The notes: generated by a model from the sequence alone, not told the origin. A DNA stretch of 64,000 nucleotides from Hypanus sabinus (GCF_030144855.1 NC_082710.1:142166001-142230000), one strand, 5' to 3'; shown: positions 12,687 to 25,425, counted from the stretch's first letter. Translations and numbers: made by a program.

Positions 12687-13261
12687 TCTCCCCTTCTTGA
12701 AAAAAAAGAAAAGCTAGGTATGTACTGTATTCCTTGTCCATATAACTGCATTGAAATTATAGTGACTGAAATTGAGCAAGTCAATTCGCTTTACTTATAG
12801 CACGTAACGTTTGGTCCTTACAGAAACATAAGAATTTCCAACATTATAACCATGTTTTCTCCTGTTCTTAATAGTTTCTCCCTCTCTCTGTTTTTCTCTT
12901 TTTTTTAAGAACAGCCTCATTTTGTGAAATATCTTCACGTTAGAACTCTCTTTAAAAAACGCTAAATCTAATGGAGATAAACTACCTGAACACCCTGACA
13001 AAGTAAAAGGATTATTCTGCCTCTTCTGTCACTTGCCCTAACTTATTAGGCCATGGAGTATATCTCTGTGGTGCAGCAAATAAACAACCATTTCTCATAT
13101 AGGTTCCTGAAATTGGAAGTGTTGGAGCAGTTAGAAATTCTTGAACAGGCGAGTCCACCGCAGAGAAGTGGTCCTCGTCATAAGGATCAGGCCAGTCTAT
13201 TTCTTTCTCTACCTTTCATGGACTTGGAAGGTGCACGAGCGCACACCTTTTCCACCTGATT

Positions 13262-15960
13262 TCACCTTGCCATCACAAACAATCCTGGTGCAAGCTGCTG
13301 GACTATGGGTCCTTTGGTGGATTGGTCTGAAACCCAAACAGCTTCACCATTCCTGGGCAGCGACAAAGCTTCTGCTCTGTGAATGAGATCATGCATGCAC
13401 TTTGTTTCCTCACTGTGAGTCGTCTCAAAATTTCTCACTTTGTCTAAGTACAGTAAGCGAGGTTGGAGAAGGGCAGGCAGAGCGGGCAGGCTTGTTCTCA
13501 GACTCCAGCCCATTGACAGCCCTGATGGACTGTAGTCATTCGCAAGAAGTGTGGAGTGATAAGCTAACAGTGCTTTGTAGGGATCTTTTGCCGTCGGTAG
13601 GTGATTCTTAACAGTTTTCTCTGCCCTTTCCCATTCTCCATTTGCCTGTGGGTGCTGTGGACTGCTTGTCTGGTGTTTGAACTCATAGTCCCTGGCAAAG
13701 GCTTTGAATTCTGAGCAGCTGAAATGTGGACCGTTGTCTGCCAGAAGAGTATCAGCTATTCCGTGGTGAACGAATACATCTCTCAGTTGCTGTAAAACTG
13801 CTGCTGAGGATGTAGAGGACAGCCTGGACACCTCAACGTCCTGTGAGTAGTAATCCACACTGAGAAGGTATTTGTCTCTTCTCAAATCAAAAAGGTTCTT
13901 GCAACTAGTCTGGGAATTCTGTGGAACAGAGAGGGTCAACATGATTTTTGTGCAGTTTTCTGCATGTTTCACAGCTGTGTGCTCAGACTAGGCCACCTCA
14001 CAGATTGCCTTGCTTTTAGGCCGCCTGGATGTCCTTGGCGGATTTGACTGATCATTTTGGTGTGCATAGAAGCAGGAATGACGAGGTTGGAGTCTTTTAG
14101 CATCAAACCATCAAGAATGTCGAGTGTGTCTCTTTCAAGCCAGTAAGGTCTGAGTTTGTGAACAGCTGGCCATCCATGCTCACGGTTTTGCCAGACCTTG
14201 CAATTTGAGATTTTGTCCTTTTTCAACTCGTGCAAATTTCATCCAGTTTACTCTGTGATGCATGAAAGCTTTCACGTACTGGATCTAAGTAGACGTTGGT
14301 ATCTTCTTTGAGAGTGGAGTCAGCTTCCGTCCGTTCACTTTTCATGGATTCTCAACAGCGTGTCTAGTGTTGTGAAAGATTTGTGAAAGATGTGCTCAAT
14401 GTCATAAGAGTATCACATAAGCCTCATTCTGAATCTTTGCAGATGTGGAGGTAAGTCATCCAAGTATTTCGAGCTGAGGAGGCTGACAAGTAGCCTGTAG
14501 TCTGTTTCAAGTAGGAATTTAGTGCCTATCGAGCAACAGCTGAAGTTTACAGAAGCCCACGCGAGAGCTAGAGTCTCCTTTTCAATTTGGACAAAACACT
14601 TCGCTAGGAGTCAATGCTCTTGGTGCATATTCCACCAGTTTCCATACACCACTGCAGATTTACATGAGCACTCCCCAGGCCAAAGGAATAGACATCTGCT
14701 GAGACCTTGTCAGCATTGTTTGGATCAAAGAACGCTAATGTTGGTGGAGAGATAAGCTCTGCTTTAAGTGATGAGAATGACTTCTCCTGTTGTGCACCCC
14801 AAGGTCCAAACTTGTCTCTGTGAGTGGAGGTCACATAGTGGCTTTGCTTTCTCCACCAATTCTGAAATGAACTTTCCCATCTGGTTTACCATACGAAGGA
14901 AACTGCAGATGTCTGATGCATTCATAGGTTGTTCTATGTTCTGAACTCCTGCCAGTTTGTCTGAATTTGATTGCACTCCTTCTGTGAACAGTTGGTGGCC
15001 TAAGAACTTCACCTCAAACTTTGCAAATTCACATTTCTTTTTTTGTTCAGAGAGATTCCAACCTGTTTCAGTTTCTCCAAGGTAGCTTCCACTTTTTTAT
15101 CATGTTTCTCACTTAACCCTCTGAAGATGAGGTTATCGTCCACGTGACAGACTACTCCCTCCAGTCCCTCCAAACTGCGGTTCATTCTCATCTGAAAGAG
15201 TTCAGGGGCTGATGAGATGCCAAAAGGGAGTCTCTTGAAGCCCATATGGTGTGATAAAGGTTGTGAGCTTCTGTGACGCATAACTTTGAATCAAGCTTGG
15301 TGAAGAACTTTGCTCCACCCAGCATACACAATCTGTGCTCAGCAGAGAGCAGAATAAGCTTCTCCCACCTCACTGCATTATTCAATTTTGTTAGATCAAC
15401 TCTGTGACATCTGGCTTAGGAACAGGAACAATACCCACACAGCAATCAGTAGTCCCATTCTCTATCCTTGTGATGTCAAGCATTTCCATTCACTCAAGTT
15501 CAGCTTTGAGTTTGTTCATCAATGGGACTGGTATACACCTTGCTACAGTCAGAGAGTAGGGCGCCACTCCTGGCCTCAGTTGGAGAAGGTACTCTTCTTT
15601 CAGTACTTCCAGTTCTGTGAACAACTCCAGGTACTTCTCCTGCCACTGAACATTGTTTAGTGAATCCAACCTTGCAGTAAGGTTCAGCTTCTCAATGTCA
15701 TGTTGTCCCAGTAGTGGTGAGCAGAGATTCTGAACAACATAGACATCGGCTTTTAACTGTTTCTCATGGCAGTAGTAAACATTCCTTTCACACTGAGCTT
15801 GTTTCCCTGGACCCATGTCCACTTCTTTTCTTGGGGCTTTAGAGTAATGGCTGTTTACTTCACCAGTTTTGTGAACAAACATTCGGGGATTGGCTGTGAG
15901 ATCTGCCCCAGTGTCCATTTTGAACATCACTGCCTCATTTTGCAACTGAATCAGAGTATA
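13262..15960 (-). pseudogene. pol: Gypsy pol pseudogene (protease, RT, RNase H, integrase), frameshifted
   Basis: FKMDTGAD (protease); FKRLPFGISSAPELFQ..CHVDD (RT); VSADVYSFGLG (RNase H); VDYYS..DNGPHF..TSSPQHPQANGEWERAEKTVK (integrase). Confidence 0.95.
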
Positions 15961-16049
15961 CCAACCTTGTCTACTTGAATGTAGAGCCCCAATGAAAGCC
16001 CTCCCTTTGTCTGAATCATAGTCTTCCTTGACCTCCGGGAGAACCGAAA

Positions 16050-16760
16050 ATAATGCAGACTATTATCTAAATAGGAAAGAAATTTAAACATCAAAGGTGC
16101 AAAGGGACTTGAGAGGCCTCGTGCAAGACTCCCAGAAGATTAATTTAAAGGTCGAGTCTGTAGTAAAAAAGGCAAATGCAATGTTGGCACTTACTTCAAG
16201 GGGAATAGAATATAAAAGCAAGGAGATAATGCTGAGCCTTTATAAGACACTAGTCGGGCTGCACTTGGAGTATTGTCAACAGTTTTGGGCCCCTTATCTC
16301 AGAAAGGATGTGTTGTCATTAGAGAGAGCCCAGAAGAGGTTCTCAAGGATGATTCTCGGAATGAAGGGGTTAACATATGAGGAGAGTTTGACAGCTTTGG
16401 TCTCACTGGAATTTAGAAGAATGCAGGGGTATCTAATTGAAATCTACCGAATGTTGAAAGGACTAGTAGTTAAGGTGGATGTGGGGAGGATGTTTCTTAT
16501 GTGACGGTATCACCACCACAGAGGGCACAACTTCAAAACTGAGGGGCAATCTTTCAGAACAGAGGTAACCATGGAGGAGGCCAAGTCTGTGAGTATATTT
16601 GAAGCTGAGGTTGATAGTTTCCGGATTGGTCAGAGCATCAAAAAATATGACAAAAAGGCAGATGTATGGGGTAGAGTGGGATCCAGGACCAGCCATGATT
16701 GTATGGTGGAGCAGATTTGATGGGCTGAATGGCTTAACTCTGCTCCTATGTCTTATGGGG
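16050..16760 (+). mobile_element. CR1 LINE 3' fragment nested in Gypsy
   Basis: ORF 16097-16504: QRDL..KKANAML..LYKTLVGLHLEYCQQFWAPY; TCCTATGTCTTATG tail. Confidence 0.9.
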
Positions 16761-16894
16761 CTTTATTAGGTAAGTGGATGTTAGTACTGCAGGCATTTGC
16801 TCCATTTTCCCGTATTATTTTATTTATATGGACTACAAAAGTTTTCCTTTCTCCCCCTGAGAATTTGATTGACTACTCTCACTTCTGACCTCTG

Positions 16895-17460
16895 ACGTAT
16901 TGGAGGATGAGAGGTGACCTGATAGAGGTGTATAAGATGATGAGAGGCATTGATCTTGTGGATGACCAGAAGCTTTTTCCCAGGGCTAAATGGCTAACAT
17001 GAGGGGGCATAGTTTTAAGGTGCTTGGAAGTAGGTAGTAGCAGGCCTCCATTAGTCTCGATAGGCCATGGATTTGCAGGGCGCAAGCCTGGGCAAGGTTT
17101 TTTTTATGGAAGACCGGCAGTTGCCCAAGCTGCAAGTCTCCCCTCTCTGCGCCACTGAAGTTAACCAAGACCGGTGCCGTCACAGGGCAATGTGTGGTTA
17201 AGTGCCTTGCTCAAGGACACACACGCAGCCTCACCCAAGGCTCGAACTAGCGACCTTCAGATACTAGACCAATGCCTTAACCACTTGGCCACACACCAAC
17301 ACTTGGAAGCAGGTACAAGGGAGATATCAGAGGTAAGATTTTCCACAGACAGTGGCAGGTACGTGGAATGGGCTGCCAGCAAAGGTGGTAGAGGCGGATA
17401 CAATAGGGTCTTTTAAGAGACTTTTAGATAGGTACATGGAGCTTAGAAAAATAGAGGGCA
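16895..17460 (+). mobile_element. CR1 LINE 3' fragment nested in Gypsy, itself split by a SINE
   Basis: Closely similar to 1690-1960 and 55230-55510. Confidence 0.9.
17037..17301 (-). mobile_element. tRNA-derived V-SINE-like element with 14-bp TSD
   Basis: Minus strand A box TGGCCAAGTGG, B box AGTTCGAGCC, V-domain-like GTGTCCTTGAGCAAGGCACTTAAC; TSD CTTGGAAGTAGGTA (17023-17036)/CTTGGAAGCAGGTA (17302-17315). Confidence 0.88.
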
Positions 17461-17665
17461 GTAGGGAAATTCTAGTGCAGCTTGAAGACACTGGTCGTTT
17501 TTCAGCTCATGCCTCATGGTGCATACAATTAGCAACTAGTATAGGCAGTTTAAACTGATAAGTGTCTGGCTATTTTTTATAGATATATGTGAACTGGAAC
17601 AGACTTACTGTAAGTACTTTCTTGTTGGGGATCTCACTTGGCAGCACCAACTCGTCAATGATCAA

Positions 17666-17680
17666 CCACTTCTGACACCA
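17666..17680 (-). promoter_or_regulatory. Primer binding site complementary to tRNA-Leu(CAA) 3' end
   Basis: TGGTGTCAGAAGTGG directly 3' of the 5' LTR. Confidence 0.9.
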
Positions 17681-17829
17681 CGTTGCGTGTAACATTGAAG
17701 GATAGTGCAGAGGACGTCAAGATGCCAGCATGCAGGATATTCAACACACTCTATTGATAATGCTGAGCTCCTACCATGTGGGAGCGGCTAACCGAGTGGT
17801 ACAGGAAGAACCTATTAACTACCACTACA
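17681..17829 (-). repeat. 5' LTR of Gypsy element
   Basis: TGTAGTGGTAG...GCAACG; about 16 bp shorter than the 3' LTR, with many differences at CpG sites. Confidence 0.92.
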
Positions 17830-18004
17830 CTTACAGTGGTAAATTCACAATTAAACAGGAGTGAGTGTAGGCTTTCTGGGCTTTGAACCTCATACACCAT
17901 TCAAAAAGATTATATGCCAACTCCGTTCACCCGTCTTAGCTGCATAAGACTTTGTTACCCCTGATAACCAAAATATTCTTGAAAACAGGTTTCAAATTAT
18001 TAAG

Positions 18005-18215
18005 ACAGAGGCACAAGAGACTGCAGATGCCGGAAATCTGAATCAACACACAAAACAGCTGGAGGAGCTCAGTCAGTAAAGCAGCATCTGTAGGAGAAAA
18101 TGGACAGTTGATATTATGGGCCAAAAGCCCTGACGGTAGGTCTCGATTCATGATGTCAACTGTCCACTTCCCTCCTCCTCTAAATTCCTCCAGATTCTCT
18201 GTGTGTTGTTTAAAC
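18005..18215. repeat. Inverted pair of PLE family A terminal repeats
   Basis: CAACACACAAAACAGCTGGAGGA..GGACAGTTGA on the left is mirrored by TCAACTGTCC..TCCTCCAG..TGTGTTG on the right. Confidence 0.75.
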
Positions 18216-18589
18216 TTGTTCATTTCTGCATCTGGTGCTTTCAGTGCAAAAGTGCCCTCAGTTTTTAACCGCAGAAGAGTTTTTTTTTTAATTTTCTTAA
18301 ATAGCTATGATACAATTTAGGTTCTATCCTGTAACTCCCTTATGTTCATATGCTCCTCTCTCCCCTTTCAACTCCTGTACATAACCTGAAAATTTCAAGT
18401 AACTTACTTTCTAAATTACAGACAAAGTGAGACTAATTGATCTAGTCCTTGGAGACCTACAGTAGTTGCATCCTGGTTTAGAAGTATAAGCGCAGAAGGG
18501 ACCAATTGATAGAAAGGTAGGCAGTCTGATTCTTAAAAGGGCAATGAGCGTAAGGTTATCTCAGTAACGGCCAAACAGTGGTCATCTGG

Positions 18590-19465
18590 TGGACAGTCGC
18601 AAGGCTGTGGGACCGGACAGAATCCCAGGGTGGGTACTCAGAATGTGCACAGCACAACTGGCAGGTGTGTTTACAGACATTGTTACTCTCTCCCTCTCCC
18701 AGTGTAAAGTGCCTTCCTGCTTCAAAACATCCACCATTGTCCCTGTACCAAAAATAACCAAGGTAACATGTCTGAATGACTGGCATCCTGTCACACTCAC
18801 CTCAATAAAAAGCCCCCTCCTTTACTCTCTGTATACCCATGACTGTGTCACCACCCACAGCTCCAATCTGCTAATTAAATTTGCTGACAACACTACACTG
18901 ATTAGCCTAATCTCCAATAATAATGAGCCAGCCTACAGAGAAGTCATCACTCTTGAAGAAGTTACAGTTGAAGAAATTTGGTATGAGCCCCCAAGTCATA
19001 AGAACTTTCAATAGAGGCACAATAGAAAGCATCCTGACTGACTGTATCACTACCTGGTGTGGAAACTGTACTTCCCTCAATCGCAGGACTCTGCAGAGAG
19101 TGGTGCGGACAGCCCAGCGCATCTGTAGATGTGAGCTTCCCACTATTCAGGACATTTACAAAGAAAGGCGTGTAAAAAGGGCCCAAAGGATCATTGGGGA
19201 CCTGAGTCACCCCAATCACAATCTGTTCTAGCCCTACCATCCGGGAAACAGTACCGTACCATAAAAGCCAGGACCAACAGGCCATCAGACTGCTTAATTC
19301 ATGCTGACACAACTATATTTCTATGTTATATTGACTATCCTGTTGTACATACTATTTGTTATAAATTACTATAAATTTCACATTGCACATTTAGACAGAG
19401 GTGAAAGGTAAAGATTTTTACTCATAACATATATGAAGGATGTAACGTAATAAAGTAAATTCAAT
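18590..19465 (+). mobile_element. Rex1/Babar LINE, internally deleted
   Basis: KAVGPDRIPGWVLRMCTAQLAGVFTDI..CFKTSTIVPVPK; SPLLYSLYTHDC..KFADNT; TIESILTDCITTWCGNC. Confidence 0.88.
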
Positions 19466-19469
19466 TCAG

Positions 19470-20200
19470 TGCAAAAAGTTCATAGACTGCAGGAGTGTGA
19501 AGGTACATAAAGATTTGCACAACAAATTCCACTTGTGCAAGTGGACAGGTTGGGAGAGTGAGCTGAAAAATGGCAGGACTGGGAAGTATGCAGTTATGCA
19601 CTTTGGTAAGAAGACTAAAGGTGTAGGCTTTTTTCTAAGTGGGGAGAACATTCTTAAATCAAAGTTGCAAAGGGACTTGGTAGTTCTAGTTCAGGATTCT
19701 CTCCAGGTCAACTTGTGTGGTGAACTATGTGCCTGTCGGGACACGCCCCTGCTGACTGCTCCTGTGGCTCCTCCCACAGGCCCCTGTATAAAGGAGACCT
19801 GTGGCCTGACGCTCGGCCTCAGTCTCCAAGACCTTGTATGATAGACACTCACTCCTGGTTCCTTCTTCCAGTCAATAAAAGCCGATATCTCGCCTACGTC
19901 TCAGTGTGAGTTATTGATGGTGCATCAACTTGCATGCTGAGATGATAGTAAAAAGGGAAAATACAATGTTAACATTAATTTTGAGAGCAATAGTGTACTA
20001 CTGAGGCTTTATAAGGCATTGGTCGGACTGCATTTGTAATACTTTGGCAATTTTGGGCCTTGTGTCCTTGTAAGGATGCATTGGCCCTGTAGAGGATTGT
20101 GAGGAGTTTCACAAGAATAATTCCAGGAATGAAGATCTTAACATATGAGAAAGATTTAATATCTCAAGCCTATACACGATGGAGTCCAGAAGAATGAGGG
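19470..20200 (+). mobile_element. Degenerate CR1 ORF2 fragment hosting a solo LTR
   Basis: KYAVMHFGKK..LQRDLVVLVQDSL; the CR1 sequence resumes after 19932. Confidence 0.8.
19716..19927 (+). mobile_element. Solo LTR (212 bp)
   Basis: TG...CA ends, TATAAA 19787, AATAAA 19874, perfect TSD ACTTG (19711-19715/19928-19932). Confidence 0.92.
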
Positions 20201-22065
20201 AGGATCTCTGGTTTCCTCCTCCTGAAGCCAATAATCAGCTCCTCCATCTTGCTGACATTCACTGAGAGGTTGTTGTTGTGGCACCATCCAGCCAGATTTT
20301 CAATCTCCATCCGTCGATGATGATCCGTCACCACCATTGATTCAGCCAGCAACAGGGGTGTCATCAGCAAACTTAAATATAACATCGGAGCTGTGCTTGA
20401 ATCTATGGAACTTGTTGCCACAGAGGGCTGTGCAGGCATGTCATTGGCTGGATTTAAGGCTAAGATTGATGTGCTGTTGATTGGTAAGGGGATTAAGGGT
20501 TTTGGGGAGAAAGTAGGGCAACAGGGATTGAAAAATTCCAATCATGATTAAGTGGAAGAGCAGACTCGATGGCTGAATGGCCTAATATTTCTCTATATCT
20601 TAGTCTTATGGTCACAGCTATTTGTACTTATTGGAGTGGGTATGTCTTTAATGTGAATGATATATTATTAAAGGGATCGAGTTGAAGGAACAATACGTCT
20701 GCCACCACAAGAGTCAAATGTTCCTGCATTTATTCATTTGATTGCTTTATATTCAGACCGATATTATGTGTTACACACATAAATACCTAACAGTTCTAAG
20801 TGGGTCTTCTAAACCTAAGATACTATGGAAAGTAACAGATTCAGTGAGTTAATCTGTTCAAACTGATCTGGCATATTGTACATGGATTTGAGTAGATCAG
20901 GAGGGAATAAGGCAGAGTGACAGGCACTGAAGGTTGTGAGGGAGCTGATTGTGTTTGCCTACCAGAATTGAAAAATGAGATGAAGCGCCATCAAACTGTT
21001 CCCAATATCCGAGGAAGGAAGCATAATATAGTTGCAGCAGGACAGCTTGAATTGAGCTGTCTACCATAGAATGGGAAACGTGTAAAAACCTTACGATATA
21101 AAGATAGTTTCATCTTCTTCCCCTACCACACTAGGTCTCCTTCATGCCTCCCCCACATCCTCACCCACTAACAGAAACAGAATACATTAAATACTTGATG
21201 GCCAGCACTCTCACAGTAGACTAGTATGTGGTAGGATAAGATGGCCCCTTCACTTCACAATCTACCTTGTCATGGCCTTGCACCTTATTGTCTAGTGCAC
21301 TTTCTCTGTAAATCTAACACCTTGTTCAACATTCAAAGTAAATTTATTGTCAAAGTCCATCTAAGTTACCATGAGATTCACTTTCTTGCAGGCATTCACA
21401 GTAGAGCAAAGAAACACAATAGACTTGATGAAAAACTACACACAACTATTGACAACTATTGTGCAAACAATAGGTTTCAATAGGTACATTTAATGTCAGA
21501 GAAATGTATACAATATACATTCTGAATTTTTTTTTCCTCACAAATATCCATGAAAACAGTGGAGTGCCCCAATGAATGAATGACAGTCAAATGTTAGAAC
21601 CCCAAAGCCCCCCCTCCAGCTCCCCCCCACATACAAATACAAACAGCTGCAAGGCAATGACCCCCCCCACCCCCGCCCACCAACTAAAAAGCATCGGCAC
21701 CCTCCACCGAGCACTCAAGCGTGCAGCAAAACCTCAATAAAGACACAGACTTGCAGCACCCCAAAGACTACTCGTTCACCCAGTATCCAACGTACCATAG
21801 GCCCTGTCTCTCTCTTCCTAATAAGGGAAAAAGAGGTGTCCCTGTTTCACAGTCAGAGGGGAGACATAACAAAACAACTTGTTGATTCATGGTGCCAGAA
21901 GTCTGTTTTGTCACTTTTTCCAGGCTGTGTGCCTGATGGCTGTTTCCTGTTCTCCCATGTTGCATCAGTCGGTGGCGCCAGCCCTGAATCAGCCCACCTC
22001 CAGAGCCATGAAAATCCAGTTTCCTGAAGGCGTGCTAGCTTCTAGATATATATATATATATATAT

Positions 22066-25000
22066 GCTATAAATGGACGAGACTGGACAACATGGAATTA
22101 ATGGAAGGCTACTTTAACAGCAACCCTCTGTTAGGGACTCTGGCAACAACGAAGACCACTGGCCACATTCACGGAAAAATAACTGGTTACCTAACAATCA
22201 AACATTATCAACAGAGGATTGTTATCACATCCTGAATAAAAAGCATACAATCACGATGCACCATAGCAACATCACTGCAGAACCAAGCTGATTGGGAAAT
22301 ACAAGTTCAGACCCCACCTCCACAGCTCACAGATGGTGCCAAGTAATAGCATCACCTTGAACAGGGGAAATGTAAGTTCGAACCTCGCCTCGGGGCATGT
22401 CAATGCTGGATGCTGCGATCAGATAGAAGATCATAGCTAAGCTGGTGACTGTCAATCAATGAACTAGACTCCTCAGACTTAGTGATAAAATTCCATCATA
22501 CTGGAAGCAGCCAATGAAGCACTACTCACAATTGCAAACTCCAACATAACTGAGACCAATAACCTGATATATGCATCAGCAGCTGCAGCCTAGAAATGCT
22601 GGGCCACAAAATGAAATACAGTGGAGAGTACTGTTATAACTCCTCCACCCTCAGAGGTGACAACTGGAAGCCAAGATGAAAACTACCAGGGCGGAGGTCA
22701 GCAAACTAACAGCTGCAGAATGGTGGGAAGACCAAAGACTCATCTCAGCTACTAAGGAAATACAGAGACATGTCCATAGCTGAATCCCTGGAACCTTTCC
22801 AGCAGCAGTTAACAGCTCAGACTACAGACTATAGAGGTATACTAAAGATGCAGAGACCAAGCAAGTAAATACACTCTTCTCTAAAGAACCAGGAAAAGTA
22901 TTCGTACAGTTCCAGAGCTACAACGTGCCAGTGCCTGAACCAACCAAAACAGTAAGTGAGGAGTACTGGAAGAGAATACGGGAGAAAGAAGTATCAAATT
23001 ACACCAGTGCCCTGTGGCTGAAAGACCTACAAGCAAGCTACTGCAATGTCCCAGAGGAAGAACCTGTCACCATCACTGCAGTAGATGTCCAGCAATGGTT
23101 AGCAAGTATGAGGAACTGGACATCACCAGGGCCTGACACGATCCTCGCCTACTGGCTGCAGAATCTAACAGCATTACATACACGGCTGACAGCTCAAATG
23201 AACCAGCTGCTTGAAGCAGGCTCCCACCCTGACTGGCTAATTCAAGGAAGGACAGTACTCATAGTGAAGGATCCTCACAAAGAAGCAACAGCATCAAACT
23301 ACCGGCCTGAAACCTGCCTGTCAACAACATGGAAGCTCCTATATCATAGCCGCAAAGCTGAAGGAACCTGTGTGTAAAATCCTGAACCAGAGGCTCCAAA
23401 CAACAGCTCCTGGTAGACAAAGCAGTCATGTAAAACTTCAAAACCAGGCTGACTACCAAAAAGCATATGACTTAAAGCCCCACACATGGATGCTGGAATA
23501 CCTGTCTCTGTACAAGGTCTACAAGACACAAAGGACCTTCAACAAGAACTCCATGAGCTGTTGGAGGACCATGCTGGAAGTTAACTCAAAGGCAACGGCA
23601 GACGTGATGTGGAATATACCATCAGATGTGGAATATACCAGGGTGATGCACTATCCCCACTGCTGTTCTGCACAGGCTTGAATCCCCTCAGCCAGCTCAT
23701 CTCAAAGAGTGGACAGGGGTACAGGTTCAAGAGAGGAGTGACCATCAGCCACCTCCTGTACCTCCTGTACGTCAAGCTGTATGCCAAAAACGGAAGAGAT
23801 ATTGATTCACTCACTAATCCATCTGACCAGCACGTACAGCAGAGACATTGGGATGGCGTTGGGACTGGAAAAGTGCAGCTGATGGCAGAGAAAAGAAGCA
23901 AACTCATAAAGAATGAAGGAGTCAAGTTAACTGAAGGCCACACACCAGATGTAAAGGAGAGTTACCAATACCTGTGGATCCTGCAGGTGCATGGAAGGCA
24001 CAATGAGGACACAAGAAAGGCTGCAATGTCCAAGTACCTCCAAAGGGTGAGGCAGGTCCTAAAAAAACAGTTGAATGGGAAGAGCAAGATCAGAGCCAAC
24101 AGCAGGTTCGCCCACCAGTCATCAGACACTCAACAGCAATGGTGTGCTGGCCAAGGAACGAACTGGAAGCCACTGACATCAAGACAACTACTAACAATAC
24201 GTGGAGGATTCCATCCAAAGTCCAAAGCTGAGCAACTGTACACCCGCCAGATTAAAGGAGGACTGGGACTTCGAAGTGCCAAGGCCACAGTCCTGGAAGA
24301 AATGCAAAACGTCCATGAGTATATCAGGAAGATGGCCCCTAAGGGTGACCTGCTAGGAGAATACCTCAGACAGCAAGCAGGCAACATAGAAATGAAAGTG
24401 GGTGAAACAGAGCCAGAGGACCAGAGGCCATGGCAGGACAAGCCACTCTACAGGATGTACCATTGCTAGATATCAGAGGTGGCTGACATAAGAAAGCCCT
24501 ACCCATGGCTGGAAATGGCAGGGCAGAGAGACAACACTCTTATGGCTGCACAAGAGCAATAGAAGCAGGGGTCTATCACACCAGACAAGACCCAAGATGC
24601 AGACTGCACAAGGAATCCACTGATAGCAGCAGGGAGCAAGATACAGGCAGGGACAACATACACTGAACGGCACAACCAAGTTGCAGGAACTGTGTGCAGG
24701 AACATCTGCGCTGAGTATGGATTGGACCCTCCCAAGTCCAAATGGGAAACAGGTGAGAAGGTAGTGGAGAATGACAGAGCTAAGATCCTGTGGGAGTTAT
24801 GAATACAGACTGATAAGCAGGTACTGGACATAGTAATACTGGACAAGAAACAGAAGAAAGCAACAGTAATAGATGTGGCAATCCTGAATAACAGTAACAT
24901 CAGGAAGAAAGAGTATGCGAGGTTGGAGAAATGCCAGGGCTTGAAAGAGCAGATTGAAAGGAAGTGGAAGGTTAAAGCCAGAGTAATCCCAGTGGTGACA

Positions 25001-25205
25001 GGAGCACTTGGAGCTGTGACACCTGCACTAGGAAAGTGGCTCCAACAAATTCCGGGAACAACTTCTGAGATCTTAGTCCAGAAGAGTGCACTACTAGGAA
25101 CAACAAGGATACTCTGCCAAGCCCTCAAGATTCCAGGCCTCTGGTAGAGAACCTGAGATTGTGGGAAAAATACACATCCACACCACCCATAAAGGTGAGA
25201 AAAAA
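22066..25205 (+). mobile_element. R4/Dong(Rex6)-clade non-LTR retrotransposon with RT and C-terminal restriction-like endonuclease, near full length, decayed
   Basis: KWTRLDNMELME (N-terminus); NWTSPGPD..YW; SNYRPETCL; DYQKAYD; IRCGIYQGDALSPLLFC; ERHNQVAG; DIVILDK..VIDVAI..RKKEYARLEK; VIPVVTGALGAV..QKSALLGT..GLW*. Confidence 0.9.
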
Positions 25206-25212
25206 TATTATA

Positions 25213-25425
25213 CAGTGGTGCTAGAAAGTTATTGAACCCTTTGGAATGTTCTCTATTTCAGCATAAATATGATCTAAAATGTGATCAGATTTTCACATAA
25301 GTCCTAAAACTAGATAAAGAGAACCCAATTAAATAAATACATAAAAGCATTATGTGCATTCATTTATTGAGAAAAATGATCCAGTGTTACATGTATTTGT
25401 TGGAAAAAGTACGTGAAGCTTTGCT
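25213..25425 (+). mobile_element. Tc1-like DNA transposon terminal fragment (IR/DR type)
   Basis: TA|CAGTGGTGCTAGAAAGTTATTGAACCC, with a related inner repeat GAAAAAGTACGTGAAGC about 190 bp downstream. Confidence 0.7.

Larger units (their letters stand above)
12522..17829 (-). mobile_element. Gypsy/Ty3 LTR retrotransposon, decayed, gag largely lost, with nested insertions
   Basis: Two homologous LTRs, PBS, PPT, TSD CTTTC (12517-12521)/CTTAC (17830-17834), and PR-RT-RH-IN domain order on the minus strand. Confidence 0.95.

Noticed and set aside
17230-17301. Possible tRNA gene
   Set aside because: The A and B boxes form a SINE head inside a TSD-bounded insertion; there is no full cloverleaf.
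24499-25128. 209-aa minus-strand ORF
   Set aside because: Antisense shadow of the R4 endonuclease region.
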